Assembly: GCA_965205025.1 (NCBI GenBank)
Contig: CBDBFU010000033.1
Coordinates: 45,674 to 109,673, forward strand
DNA: 64,000 nucleotides
Reading direction: 5' to 3'
Source of the DNA: Candidatus Poribacteria bacterium
GTDB lineage: Bacteria > Poribacteria > WGA-4E > WGA-3G
Positions 41,281 to 51,644 of this stretch are shown here, piece by piece. Each line of letters begins with the position of its first letter. Position 1 is the first letter of the stretch. The translations under genes and the position numbers were made by a program. The notes below the pieces were generated by a model. That model was not told the DNA's origin. It made no database searches and saw nothing but the letters and a program-made list of their open reading frames with translations.

Positions 41281-41573
41281 TGGTCTTGGAAATTATAGGA
41301 AGTAATATATAAATTAACGATATAGTAATTCACGGAGTACAGATACACTGAATTCTGTAACCCCTTATCACTACAGTCTTCTTTAAAATACCTCCGTGAA
41401 GGTTTCCGTGAATCGTGAAGCTGAAATTTGCTCCAAAAACTACAGAAAATTAACAGGAATTTGTTCGTTCTACTATGGATCATTTAGTATTAGAACACCA
41501 GTTTGAATTTAAAAAAGGTCAGTTCTATATACGGTATTTTGTCCCGAATTCATCTTTCTGTACCACAAACTTT

Positions 41574-41686
41574 ATGAAGATTAATTTATTAATACGGTAA
41601 TTATTATTCCGTATAGTCCGGTAGGTGCGGTTTCCTAACCGCACGAATTCTCGGCAAAACTACCGATTTATTTTTTAAATCTTCAT
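41574..41686. mobile_element. MITE family B in REP loop (within a degenerate family D copy starting ~41494)
   Basis: ATGAAGATTAA...TAAATCTTCAT in CACAAACTTT|TTAGTTTGTG. Confidence 0.7.
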
Positions 41687-41767
41687 TTAGTTTGTGGAAA
41701 ATACAAGCCGAATACCACCAAACACTTCTCAGCGGAATCCGAGATTACCACAAATATATATATCCTC

Positions 41768-42106
41768 ATGGAAAAAATCATCAAACTCACACCAGATGAT
41801 ATAAGAGAAAAAGTATACTTTTGGAGAGATAAAATCGGAGTAGAAATATCCGAAATACAACTACGGAATATGAAAAAGAAGTGGGCATCCATATCAACAA
41901 ATGGTAGACTGACACTCAACAAAGAATTAATCAATCTCCCCAATTCATTAGTAGAATATGTCATAGTCCATGAATTAGTTCACCTTCTCGTCCCAAATCA
42001 TGGAAAGTTGTATAAAGCTTATATGACATCCTACCTACCAGATTGGCAGGGCAGATCAATGTTGTTAGATGCATTAACTGAACCAGAAATGAAAATGCTA
42101 CCGTGA
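41768..42106 (+). CDS. Short YgjP/M48-like zinc metallopeptidase (type I RM-associated)
   Basis: MKKKWAS and YVIVHELVHL...PNHGK (HExxH). This family commonly follows hsdR. Confidence 0.85.
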   Translation: MEKIIKLTPDDIREKVYFWRDKIGVEISEIQLRNMKKKWASISTNGRLTLNKELINLPNSLVEYVIVHELVHLLVPNHGKLYKAYMTSYLPDWQGRSMLLDALTEPEMKMLP

Positions 42107-42259
42107 CCTTATCTGTTGCTCCACGTGGGAACGGGTTCTACTTGTTCATCACATCAATAGATATTACACGGTAAGAACAAAGAATCCTACTAATATATGA
42201 TTTTTTGATATGCTCCACCCAAATGGCCTGATTTACGGAGTATTCAGAATTTGAATATT

Positions 42260-42288
42260 TTGACATTCCTGTTTAGATATGGTATATT
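42260..42288 (+). promoter_or_regulatory. Sigma70 promoter of the three-gene operon
   Basis: TTGACA-N17-TATATT with an extended TG. Confidence 0.6.
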
Positions 42289-42340
42289 TACAGTTGTTTA
42301 GAGTCTTATGTTTACTTAATCCTGATATAAGGAATGCATA

Positions 42341-42988
42341 ATGAAATTAGATTGTTCTTCAAGTGCATTAGTAATTGTAGGTGGTTGGAATTCCCACATA
42401 TTAAATCCAAATTGGATTAATAGATATCTATTTGATGGAAAAGAAAACAGATTAAAAGTTGAAATCTTAGCTGAACTTCCTTATAGCTATAATTTAGATT
42501 ATCCAGCACAAAGGGTCTCTTCATCAGATGTTATAATCCAACTTCAAGGGAATAAATTGAGTGTCAGTCCAGTTGAAGAGAAATATATTATCAATGTAGA
42601 AGAAATAGCATTAAAACTTGCTGATTTTTTACCACATACACCAGTATCTGGTTTTGGGGTCAACTTTGTTTTTACTGATGAGAGTTCTTCGGACGAATTG
42701 GCAAATATAATACCTGTCAAAGATATTAATAAGATAGAGAATTTAGGAGCTACTCTAATTAGCCAACAGTACACTCGTAGTTTAGAATTGGATGACAAGA
42801 TTCTAAATCTAACTATTGAACTTAAGGAAGAAGCAGAAACGATTAAGATAAACTTCCATTATGAGATAAATGATCTAACTCAATTTAAGTCCAAATTGGC
42901 GGAAACCACAATTCTTGATTTGAAGAATCAAGCGATTGAATTCATATCAAAGGTTTATAATTTAGCATTGAGAGGTGACACAGAGTGA
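42341..42988 (+). CDS. Hypothetical alpha/beta protein (TIGR04255-like by pattern)
   Basis: LVIVGGWNSHILNPNWI, LPHTPVSGFGVNF and INFHY. Its stop overlaps the next start (GTGA). Confidence 0.6.
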   Translation: MKLDCSSSALVIVGGWNSHILNPNWINRYLFDGKENRLKVEILAELPYSYNLDYPAQRVSSSDVIIQLQGNKLSVSPVEEKYIINVEEIALKLADFLPHTPVSGFGVNFVFTDESSSDELANIIPVKDINKIENLGATLISQQYTRSLELDDKILNLTIELKEEAETIKINFHYEINDLTQFKSKLAETTILDLKNQAIEFISKVYNLALRGDTE

Positions 42989-43629
42989 TTAAATTGTCAG
43001 ATACGATTTTAAGTGAAGAAAAAGATACATTACTTAATGATAATTATTACGATAATAAACAGATTAAGACTATCAAAACTGACAGTTCCATAAACACTGA
43101 ATATAATGAGTTTAAGGAAGATATAAACTGGAAAGAAACACCTTCATCTAATATAGAAAAACCTATAGTTAGAGTTTTTGATGTCGCTGCCTACATATTA
43201 GAGAAAAAAGGCCTAATGAGTACAATGAAACTTCAAAAATTAGTATATTATAGTCAAGCATGGTCTTTAGTATGGGATGAAAAGCCTTTATTTCAAGAAA
43301 ATATTGAAGCATGGGCAAATGGACCGGTTGTTCGAGACCTATTTGACTATCATCGTGGAAGGTTTGAAATTGATACAATAGAAATCGGTAATTCTCAACT
43401 GTTGAATCAGGAACAACGGGACACAGTGGATGTAATTCTTAATGATTATGGTGATCAATCAGCACAATGGTTAATTGACTTAACACATCATGAAGATCCT
43501 TGGATGAATGCAAGGAAAGGTCTTCCATCATTAGAACGCGGTAATCGTATTATATCTTTAGACTCAATGGCAGATTATTATAGTTCTTTACTTGTTGAGA
43601 ATAGTATTGAAAATGCAGAGAAAGAATAA
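42985..43629 (+). CDS. Panacea (DUF4065/SocA-like) antitoxin with ~58-aa acidic N-terminal extension
   Basis: DVAAYIL, MKLQKLVYYSQAW, IEAWANGPVV and LTHHEDPW. Confidence 0.88.
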   Translation: MIKLSDTILSEEKDTLLNDNYYDNKQIKTIKTDSSINTEYNEFKEDINWKETPSSNIEKPIVRVFDVAAYILEKKGLMSTMKLQKLVYYSQAWSLVWDEKPLFQENIEAWANGPVVRDLFDYHRGRFEIDTIEIGNSQLLNQEQRDTVDVILNDYGDQSAQWLIDLTHHEDPWMNARKGLPSLERGNRIISLDSMADYYSSLLVENSIENAEKE

Positions 43630-44053
43630 GAACACAAGTCGGAAGTATAATCCAAATATTAAAAATAAAACATCAATTAAGAAAGAAGATACATATCAGA
43701 ATAAGAATCTAATATGGAAAGTAACAAAAATTGATGAGGATGGAAAATGGGGTTGGAATAACCTATCTTGTGCCGAGTTTCTAAAACTACTTTGGAAGAA
43801 GATGCGAAATTTTGAAACTATGACATGGAGTGAAATTCTGGGTAGTAAACATCACATGATATCAGTAAAAGACATCATTAAACCTGCCCAAGATAGACTC
43901 CGAGAATTAGATCATGATGATCAGGATGAGTTAGTTTCATTCAGGGTTAGTGGTAGTGAACGTATTTGGGCAATTAGATCAGAAGAATCCTCTTTTATAC
44001 TTTGGTGGGATCCAAACCATGAGATATATCCATCATCCAAAAAACACACATAG
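43613..44053 (+). CDS. Putative RelE-fold ribonuclease toxin
   Basis: Overlaps the antitoxin 3' end. Motifs ELVSFRVSGSERIWAIR...ILWWDPNHEIYPS follow a basic N-terminus. Confidence 0.65.
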   Translation: MQRKNKNTSRKYNPNIKNKTSIKKEDTYQNKNLIWKVTKIDEDGKWGWNNLSCAEFLKLLWKKMRNFETMTWSEILGSKHHMISVKDIIKPAQDRLRELDHDDQDELVSFRVSGSERIWAIRSEESSFILWWDPNHEIYPSSKKHT

Positions 44054-44135
44054 TTAATGCAAGTTAGAGATAGACAGTTTAAAATCAGAGTGGTTTAGAG
44101 TATCAGTTTTTCTGATTCAATTTCCATATTAGAAA

Positions 44136-44172
44136 TAAAAAAGGCGAGGAATGCATTCCTCGCCTATCTTTT
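44136..44172. terminator. Bidirectional intrinsic terminator
   Basis: AGGCGAGGAAT-GC-ATTCCTCGCCT with an A tract before and a T-rich tract after, between convergent genes. Confidence 0.8.
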
Positions 44173-44188
44173 GACTATGTTTACTTTT

Positions 44189-47059
44189 TTATGCCAAATG
44201 CTCCTTCAAAAACTTACCTGTGAACGATTTCCGGGTCTTAGCAATTTCCTCTGGTGTACCTTGTGCTAACACCTGACCACCCTTATGTCCACCCTCCGGA
44301 CCAAGATCAATCACATAATCCGCTGTCTTGATTACATCCAAATGATGCTCAATTACTATAACAGTATGTCCTGAATCGACAAGCCGACCAATACTATCCA
44401 ACAGTTTCTGGATATCCGCAAGATGCAGACCTGTGGTAGGCTCATCGAGGATATAAAGGTTATGTTTTCCGCGTTTAATCTTACTCAGTTCGTTAGCCAA
44501 CTTAATCCGTTGTGCTTCACCACCAGATAAGATTGTTGCTGGATGTCCAATCTTTAAATAACCAAGACCAAGTTCGTTCATAACTCCTAATTTATGGCAG
44601 ATTAACCGTTGTTCAGCAAAGAATTCAACACCCTCTTCAATAGACATTTCAAGAATTTCTGAGATATTCTTACCGTTATAGGTAACTTCCAGAGTATCTT
44701 CGTTATAACGTGCTCCTTTACAAGTTGGACAAGTTACCTCTACATCCGGCATGAAATGTAGTTGTGTTGTGATTGTTCCTTCACCGTGACACTCTTCACA
44801 ACGACCACCCTTCACATTAAAACTAAACCGTGATGCAGTATAACCGCGTGCTTCAGCAGAAGGTGTACTCGCAAAGAGTTTCCGTATGTTATCATAAAAT
44901 CCGATATAAGTTGCAGGATTAGAACGAGGGGATCTACCAATAGGTGTCTGGTCAATGTTAATTACATCACTGATATGTTCATGACCTTTTAGTTCGTCAT
45001 GTTCACCATAAAGCGTCCGGCTGTCGTGATAGATAGAATATAGTCTCTTGTAGATTATCTCGTTGAGAAGTGTACTCTTACCAGAACCCGATGCACCTGT
45101 TATGCAAATAAACACACCCAACGGAATCGTAACATCTATATTCTGTAGGTTGTTTTCTCTGGCACCAGATATACTAAGATTTTTACCATTAAGGTTACGC
45201 CGTTCCATAGGCATAGGTATCTCTCGTTTTCCACTCATATAGAGACCCGTCAAGGAATCATCACTTTTCACAATTGTATCGTAGGGACCTTGAACGACGA
45301 CATGACCCCCATGAACTCCTGGACCTGGTCCCATTTCTATGATATGATCTGCAGCCTTGATAGTACTTTCATCGTGTTCAACAACAATGACCGTATTACC
45401 AATATCACGGAGTTTTCTAAGTGTCTCAATCATCTTCTCATTGTCTTTTGGATGAAGACCGATACTCGGTTCATCAAGAACATACAACATACCCATTAAC
45501 CCTGAACCGATCTGGGTCGAGAGACGAATACGTTGCGATTCACCACCAGAAAGGGTAGCGGAACGACGGTTGAGATTCAGATAATCCAGACCTATACCGA
45601 GGAGAAGTTCAATTCTTTGTACTAATTCTCTCACCACACGTTCACCGGCTTCACGCTGCTTTTCAGGAAAATCCGTGATAGATTCTAAGAAATCCTTTAA
45701 CTGTTCAAGATGTAATTCGCCAATATCATGGATAGTATTACCATCAATCGTAACCAGCAGTCTTTGCCGTTTCAATTTCATACCATGACAATCAGGACAT
45801 GTATGTTCTACCATTACCTTACGTAGGTATTCTTCCATACCAGAGTGTGCTTCACCCTGTTTTCTATATCGACGATACCGTCTATCAATCCGCGTAATTA
45901 TCCCATCGAACCGGACAGGCATACCGACATGGTGTTCACGCATCGGTTTAGCATCTTCAGACTGACACAATGGAAATTCCTCACCTTTTGTACCGAAAAA
46001 GACTAAATCTATTACTTCCTCTGGTAAGTCTTCAAAAGGCATTTCAAGGTCAAATTTATAGTGTTGTGCAAGACTATACATCATTCGACCATCCCACCTA
46101 TCAGGCTCATAATTGAATGCTTGTTTTACAAACGCACCATCTGCAATACTCCGTTTTCTATCCGGAACAAGTAGATTGGGATGCACTTGAAGATATGTCC
46201 CCAACCCAGAACAGGTTACACATGCTCCAGTAGGTTCATTGAATGTAAAGTGGTGGGGACCAAGTTCGTGCATCAATACACCATGTTCCGCACAACCAAA
46301 ATCAGCAAGGAATTCTTTTAAATCTAAATCTTCGTCATCAGGCAATGTTATTTGGAATCTGAGGAAACCTTCACCGACAACCAGGGCATGTTCTAAGGAG
46401 GCAAGAACTTGCTTATCAATATCTTTCTTAATATATAATTTGTCTACAATAACCTGTATATCGTATTCTTTATCAGGATCAAGAGTGAATTCTTCACTAA
46501 TATCGTATTCTTCCCCATCTACACGAACATGTCTGCAACCTTTTGTCCTTATATCATCAAAAAGATATTCATTATCTTCGCCATATATCTTAAAGACAGG
46601 AGCATGTATTTCGACTTCTGTTCCTTCTGGTAAGGAGAGAAGTCGTTCTAAAATCTGATAAGGTGTTTTAATAGGGATTTCTTTCTCACAATATGGACAG
46701 TGTGCAATGCCAATAGTAGAGAAAAGCATTCTTAAATAATCTTGTAGATCGGTCATTGTTCCAACTGTGGAACGTGGGTTCATCGTTATTGTCTTCTGTT
46801 CAATGGATACTACAGGAGATAATCCATCAATAAAATCAACGTCTGGCTTTTTCAGCTGTGTAATGAATCGTTTTGCGTATGTAGACATTGATTCCAAGAA
46901 TCGCCGTTGTCCTTCAGCATAGACCGTATCAAATGCCAATGAAGATTTACCTGAACCACTAATACCAGTAACAACGACGAGTTGATCACGTGGAATTTCT
47001 AATTCGACATTTTGTAGGTTATTTTCTCTCGCTCCTTTTACTGAGACCGTCTGTCTCAT
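44189..47059 (-). CDS. uvrA: Excinuclease ABC subunit A
   Basis: Two ABC modules ([22 protein letters not shown]; [22 protein letters not shown]) and Zn fingers. It may be one of several paralogs. Confidence 0.93.
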   Translation of the reverse strand: MRQTVSVKGARENNLQNVELEIPRDQLVVVTGISGSGKSSLAFDTVYAEGQRRFLESMSTYAKRFITQLKKPDVDFIDGLSPVVSIEQKTITMNPRSTVGTMTDLQDYLRMLFSTIGIAHCPYCEKEIPIKTPYQILERLLSLPEGTEVEIHAPVFKIYGEDNEYLFDDIRTKGCRHVRVDGEEYDISEEFTLDPDKEYDIQVIVDKLYIKKDIDKQVLASLEHALVVGEGFLRFQITLPDDEDLDLKEFLADFGCAEHGVLMHELGPHHFTFNEPTGACVTCSGLGTYLQVHPNLLVPDRKRSIADGAFVKQAFNYEPDRWDGRMMYSLAQHYKFDLEMPFEDLPEEVIDLVFFGTKGEEFPLCQSEDAKPMREHHVGMPVRFDGIITRIDRRYRRYRKQGEAHSGMEEYLRKVMVEHTCPDCHGMKLKRQRLLVTIDGNTIHDIGELHLEQLKDFLESITDFPEKQREAGERVVRELVQRIELLLGIGLDYLNLNRRSATLSGGESQRIRLSTQIGSGLMGMLYVLDEPSIGLHPKDNEKMIETLRKLRDIGNTVIVVEHDESTIKAADHIIEMGPGPGVHGGHVVVQGPYDTIVKSDDSLTGLYMSGKREIPMPMERRNLNGKNLSISGARENNLQNIDVTIPLGVFICITGASGSGKSTLLNEIIYKRLYSIYHDSRTLYGEHDELKGHEHISDVINIDQTPIGRSPRSNPATYIGFYDNIRKLFASTPSAEARGYTASRFSFNVKGGRCEECHGEGTITTQLHFMPDVEVTCPTCKGARYNEDTLEVTYNGKNISEILEMSIEEGVEFFAEQRLICHKLGVMNELGLGYLKIGHPATILSGGEAQRIKLANELSKIKRGKHNLYILDEPTTGLHLADIQKLLDSIGRLVDSGHTVIVIEHHLDVIKTADYVIDLGPEGGHKGGQVLAQGTPEEIAKTRKSFTGKFLKEHLA

Positions 47060-47269
47060 TATTTATCCTCCTTTTCGGTGCATATTCATGTATCTTATGT
47101 ACATTATTAAATGAACTCTAATCTGAATTTATGAATGTATATACCTTATAAAAGTACGATTAGATTATTATCATAGTTACGTATGAACGTATAAGGTTTC
47201 TTGTAGGGATAATTTCTGATAGTATCTGTGTAATTAATTCGTAATGCAGTAATAAATAAGCAATTATTA

Positions 47270-47512
47270 CTATCTGCGGTGTTCATTCTTCCATTCAGCT
47301 ACCTCTTCAACTGTGCCAACAGGTGACGATTTCCTTAAAGACTGTAATTTTGAGAATGCATCTATAGGATAAATTGAAACTGTATCCTCAGGTGGTGACA
47401 TAATGGCAACAATCTTACCATTATTGAGAATAGAAAAACTTTCTCCATTTTCCACACGTTTCAATATATTGGATAAATTTTTTATTATTTCGTGAGCAAC
47501 TATTTCATTCAT
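47270..47512 (-). CDS. Phd/YefM-family antitoxin, orphan
   Basis: NLSNILKRVENGESFSILNNGKIVAIMSP with a GGAG RBS. No toxin ORF lies downstream. Confidence 0.75.
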   Translation of the reverse strand: MNEIVAHEIIKNLSNILKRVENGESFSILNNGKIVAIMSPPEDTVSIYPIDAFSKLQSLRKSSPVGTVEEVAEWKNEHRR

Positions 47513-47547
47513 TTTATTCTCCAAAGCATACCTCAATTAATCTAAGG

Positions 47548-49419
47548 TTATAAAAAAGGATTATCTATATCATAAAAATATGCAGGTTCATCTACAGACA
47601 CTTTACTATCCATAGTTAGACGGATAGGTTCAGAGAATAGTTCAAGTATTTCTTTCTCCGCTAACCATTCACAAGCCATATTTAACCAAAGGTCGCGATG
47701 ACCAAAATGATCATATATATCAGATAATGACCTTTCACCACCAGCATCCTCCAAGAATTCAAGCAATGGTTTAAATAGTTCTTGAGCGTTATCCTCTAAG
47801 TATCCATCTATCTGTTTAATAGCTTTATCAAGGCATTTTTCATCTTTAGGTACATTTATCATATCTGTAAAGATTGGAGTAAATAACTCAGGATTAAGAT
47901 CCAAAGCTTGGTAAATGACTTTGCGTTTTGGAATAATACCATTCTTAATTGTTTCAATTCGTGCTAATTCCCTTACAACACCCATCAAATAGTAGAATGT
48001 GTAGTTATAATCCTTTTTGAGATATAACCATTTTTCAGTTTTTGCAAGAATCGTAGTCAAGCAACTTGCACAGTTAAGTAATTGGGATTGTTTATCTCGA
48101 TCCCCAATTGTACCAAGGTCATTATGTAAATCTTTAATAGTAGGATCTTTTGTATATATAACCTCGCTTTGAGACATAATGGAATGAAATGTTGTTCCCT
48201 GCAAATTCTTCTCAAGTAAGTTTTTATACCTACCGCGCGGAATCAATTTCACTCGAATAGGTATTCCTTCTTCGATTAATTGGAAATCCTCTTGTGCTTT
48301 TGTACCATCTCTAAGAATAAGTGTGATATGTACGACAGTCCTTTCCCAGACATTATCCTCCTCTAAATTGCTGGTGAGAATAGCAGCGAGGAAATAGCGA
48401 TCTTCTGCAATAGTATCTGTAAACCTCTCAACTGCATTTTGTATATCAGAATGCATATCTTCTTTCAAACGCATCGGTTGTGGATCCGGTTCAGAATTAT
48501 CAATATAATATGCTGGTTCTTCAACAGCAACCTGACTTTTAACCGTTAACTTTATGGGTGAGGATACCTGTTGTATAATACCTTTCCATGCTAACCATTG
48601 ACAAATTATATCTACCGAAGCATTTCGAAATTTATGATGAAAATGATCATTCATCTCTGAATTAGATCGTGGACCTGTTTGCTCTTGAAGATAATCCAGA
48701 ATGGGTTGAAATATAAATAGGCGTTCTTCAATGTATCCATTAATCTCATTAAGAGTATCTTCTATCACCTTTTCATTCTTTTCACAATTAATAAGATCGG
48801 TATAAGCTTTTTCAAAGAATTCAGGATTATATTCAAGAGCAGGTTGAATTACTTCTCTCGCAGGAATTTCATTGTTTAACAATACTTCAATTCGGGCTAA
48901 CCCTTCGACCACATGCAGAATTGTAAGAAAACTAGTAATTAAGTCTTTGTTTACATAAAACTGCTTCTCAGCATAGATCAGAGAAGGTAAGGTATCATCC
49001 ATGACATTTATCAGTTGGAGTTGTTTATCACGTTCACCGATACTGTCACGACTTGCGTTCTTATCATACCATTCGGTAATTGATTGATCCCTTGAAAATA
49101 GAAGTTTACTGTGAGAAAAATATGAATGAAGGAAAGATCCTTGTTGGGCACTCTCAATCGACTTTTTAAACGAATTTCGAGGAGTTAAATTAGCATGGAT
49201 ATTTACTCCATTTTCTACCAGAGAGAAGAAGTCTTTAGTTGGACGTATACCATCTTTACCAATAATTTCTACATCTAAATCGGATTTCTCCCATACTTGT
49301 GCATGAGAAAAACTTCCAGCCACTATCGCCGCAAGTACATTAGGATCCTCTTGTACTTTATTGACAAGTGAGTCGACTGCCTCATAATACTGTTTTTCAA
49401 TATCATCTTGAGATCTCAT
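47548..49419 (-). CDS. Tandem-duplicated nucleotidyltransferase-fold protein
   Basis: The N-half has AAIVAGSFSHAQVWEKSDLDV (Pol-beta NTase motif). The C-half is a paralogous copy with the motif degenerate (AAILTSNLEEDNVWERTVVHI). Confidence 0.75.
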   Translation of the reverse strand: MRSQDDIEKQYYEAVDSLVNKVQEDPNVLAAIVAGSFSHAQVWEKSDLDVEIIGKDGIRPTKDFFSLVENGVNIHANLTPRNSFKKSIESAQQGSFLHSYFSHSKLLFSRDQSITEWYDKNASRDSIGERDKQLQLINVMDDTLPSLIYAEKQFYVNKDLITSFLTILHVVEGLARIEVLLNNEIPAREVIQPALEYNPEFFEKAYTDLINCEKNEKVIEDTLNEINGYIEERLFIFQPILDYLQEQTGPRSNSEMNDHFHHKFRNASVDIICQWLAWKGIIQQVSSPIKLTVKSQVAVEEPAYYIDNSEPDPQPMRLKEDMHSDIQNAVERFTDTIAEDRYFLAAILTSNLEEDNVWERTVVHITLILRDGTKAQEDFQLIEEGIPIRVKLIPRGRYKNLLEKNLQGTTFHSIMSQSEVIYTKDPTIKDLHNDLGTIGDRDKQSQLLNCASCLTTILAKTEKWLYLKKDYNYTFYYLMGVVRELARIETIKNGIIPKRKVIYQALDLNPELFTPIFTDMINVPKDEKCLDKAIKQIDGYLEDNAQELFKPLLEFLEDAGGERSLSDIYDHFGHRDLWLNMACEWLAEKEILELFSEPIRLTMDSKVSVDEPAYFYDIDNPFL

Positions 49420-49456
49420 TGTGTTCCTCTCCTAACAAATATCCAATTCCATCAAC

Positions 49457-50608
49457 TCAGTTTTGTGTATGTTTCTGTCTATATACCTTCCCACCTTTAA
49501 TTACAACGATGGGTTCAAGAATTTGACTACTAATTCTTGCTTCTCCACTGGCATCAATTAATTGAAATTCACCATCTCTCAACTCAAAGATAACCGCATC
49601 ACCCCATGCCCCTTTCGCAAGAGTGCCAACCTTACCCGGCATTAGAATAGTATCAGCAGGGATTTGTGTCACCTTTGCTAAAACGTCATCAATTGACATA
49701 CCGAGATATAGAAATTTGTTCACAACATTAATCAAATCATAAACGGGTCCATTGATATTGTAGACATGTAAATCTGAAGAAATCGTAGTAGGTTCAATTC
49801 CTTGTTCCATAGCCTTTTCCACAACATCCCAACTGAAAGAACCTGCGCCGTGTCCAACATCAAAGATAACACCCCGTTCAATTGCCTCGTGTACTGAATC
49901 GCGTACAATCCCATTCTCATACAAAATACCGCATTTCATATTGTGAAAACAGTGAGTTAGTATGTCACGTTTTCCCATAACTGCCAAGATTTCATCTATA
50001 GAATCACACCATGCATCTTGAGGATGTACCATCATTGGGAGTCCAACTGCATCTGCTGCTTCTCGTGCCTTGTATAAGGGATCCATACCGGCACGTTTTC
50101 CAACGATGGAGTTACGCGTCAAACGTACCTTAACACCGAGAACTACATCACGATGCTGCTCTATCATCTTACAGGCTTTATCTACATCAGCATATTCTGG
50201 TATTTCTAACTCACCTATCTCTCTTGTCAACATACCTTGTGAGGAGATATTCATCTGCGCAAGTATACGAGTTTCACTTACATCAATCACATACTTACGA
50301 AAACCTGGGAAGGTATCCGCACCCGCTGACCCTGCATCTACTACTGTTGTTGCACCTCGCGCTAAACATGTTGGATCCGGTTCAATACCAAAATGACTCA
50401 CACCATGGAAAACATGAACATGCAAATCTATTAACCCAGGTGTAACATAACATCCATTTGAATGGAATACTTCTCGACCTTCGCTGGAAGGTATATTTGT
50501 AGCAATAGTAGCTACCAATCCATCACGAAATCCAATATCTTTAGGTTCGTGGATACCCTGTGCTGGATCAATTAGAGTTACATCTTTAATGATTAAATCA
50601 TAATTCAT
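49457..50608 (-). CDS. Amidohydrolase/deacetylase (dihydroorotase-like, EF_0837/Atu3266 type)
   Basis: PGLIDLHVH, DAGSAG, GVKVR, MVH, THCFH, FDVGHGAGSF and ISSDLH. Confidence 0.88.
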   Translation of the reverse strand: MNYDLIIKDVTLIDPAQGIHEPKDIGFRDGLVATIATNIPSSEGREVFHSNGCYVTPGLIDLHVHVFHGVSHFGIEPDPTCLARGATTVVDAGSAGADTFPGFRKYVIDVSETRILAQMNISSQGMLTREIGELEIPEYADVDKACKMIEQHRDVVLGVKVRLTRNSIVGKRAGMDPLYKAREAADAVGLPMMVHPQDAWCDSIDEILAVMGKRDILTHCFHNMKCGILYENGIVRDSVHEAIERGVIFDVGHGAGSFSWDVVEKAMEQGIEPTTISSDLHVYNINGPVYDLINVVNKFLYLGMSIDDVLAKVTQIPADTILMPGKVGTLAKGAWGDAVIFELRDGEFQLIDASGEARISSQILEPIVVIKGGKVYRQKHTQN

Positions 50609-50625
50609 ATTGATTGAGTTCCGTA

Positions 50626-51387
50626 TTATTCTGAAGATACATTCAATTCAGTTCGTATTGCTTCGCGTACCATGTTACAAACTTCATTTGCCTTATCTGC
50701 ATCAGTTTCTGTCGGTAAATCACTCGGATAACGTGTATCTACAACATGTGTTGTTAGGGAAGGAAGCTGATTTTTCCATGTAGACCATGAAGGGTAAATT
50801 GGTAGAATTAGATTCAACAATTCGTTCAGATCATGAGTTCTGCGAAATGGGATATTATTCTCTTGCAATAGTGCTTTTAGATATTTTTCTACACATTGTT
50901 GAGAAAGGAAACAGATAACATGAAAAACAGGATTTTCTCCCCGTTGGTTCTCAATGGCAACAGTATAATCCCCTTCAGCAAATTCAATCCATTCTAATGT
51001 TAGTGGGTTCAATTCAGTCATTTTTTTCTCTGGAGGTATAAGGTAAAAGTCATCAGATTCATATAGTACTACTCCTTTTTCAGTTATTTCCCGTAAGAAC
51101 CAATCGTTATATGTTATCCGATATGCCAGAACTTCAGGAGAAAGTATATGAAGATCCATTTTGAATCGTTTCGGTATACGTGCTTTTATATCTGACACTT
51201 TTTGACGTGTATTCGATTCATCTACTGGCATGATTACCAATAAATCAACATCAGAATCTTCAGACGGGGTACCATAGGCATAAGAACCGAAAAGTATGAT
51301 CTGGAGTGGTGAGAATTCACGTACTATATCATCACAAGTAGCTTGAATTTCTTCTCGAGTGACCATCAATTTCTCCAAGGTGTTCAC
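50626..51387 (-). CDS. MNT (minimal nucleotidyltransferase)-HEPN fusion protein
   Basis: ILFGSYAYGTPSEDSDVDLLV, then WIEFAEGD...QQCVEKYLKA...RTHDL...TRYP. Confidence 0.88.
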   Translation of the reverse strand: MNTLEKLMVTREEIQATCDDIVREFSPLQIILFGSYAYGTPSEDSDVDLLVIMPVDESNTRQKVSDIKARIPKRFKMDLHILSPEVLAYRITYNDWFLREITEKGVVLYESDDFYLIPPEKKMTELNPLTLEWIEFAEGDYTVAIENQRGENPVFHVICFLSQQCVEKYLKALLQENNIPFRRTHDLNELLNLILPIYPSWSTWKNQLPSLTTHVVDTRYPSDLPTETDADKANEVCNMVREAIRTELNVSSE

Positions 51388-51560
51388 TGGTGGGTATCGT
51401 ATATGCTTTATGGTAATTACAAGAATTGTTGCTGGATAGTCGGTTAATTATGCTATAAATTCATTACGTGTGCAAGTGTAATTCGTATCATTAATCGTTT
51501 TGTAGATTCTTGGTAAATAGGTTTATTCTTCTTTTACCAAATGTTAATTAACTGGCACAT

Positions 51561-51606
51561 AAAAAGGGATGGCCAATAGTGTAAATCTTCACATTGACCA
51601 TCCCTA
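51561..51606 (-). terminator. Intrinsic terminator after 51645 ORF
   Basis: AGGGATGG...CCATCCCT stem with a T tract on the minus strand. Confidence 0.6.
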
Positions 51607-51644
51607 TGTATTAATTACTACTCTTATATGAATAAACAATTCAG

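Noticed and set aside
39822-41483. Long antisense ORFs over the WD40 gene, and other antisense ORFs over A2M, gpmI, uvrA and the SDR
   Set aside because: They are shadows of the coding strand's codon pattern and repeats.
20300-44100. Prophage or ICE
   Set aside because: No integrase, tRNA att site, or phage structural, replication or conjugation genes were recognised.
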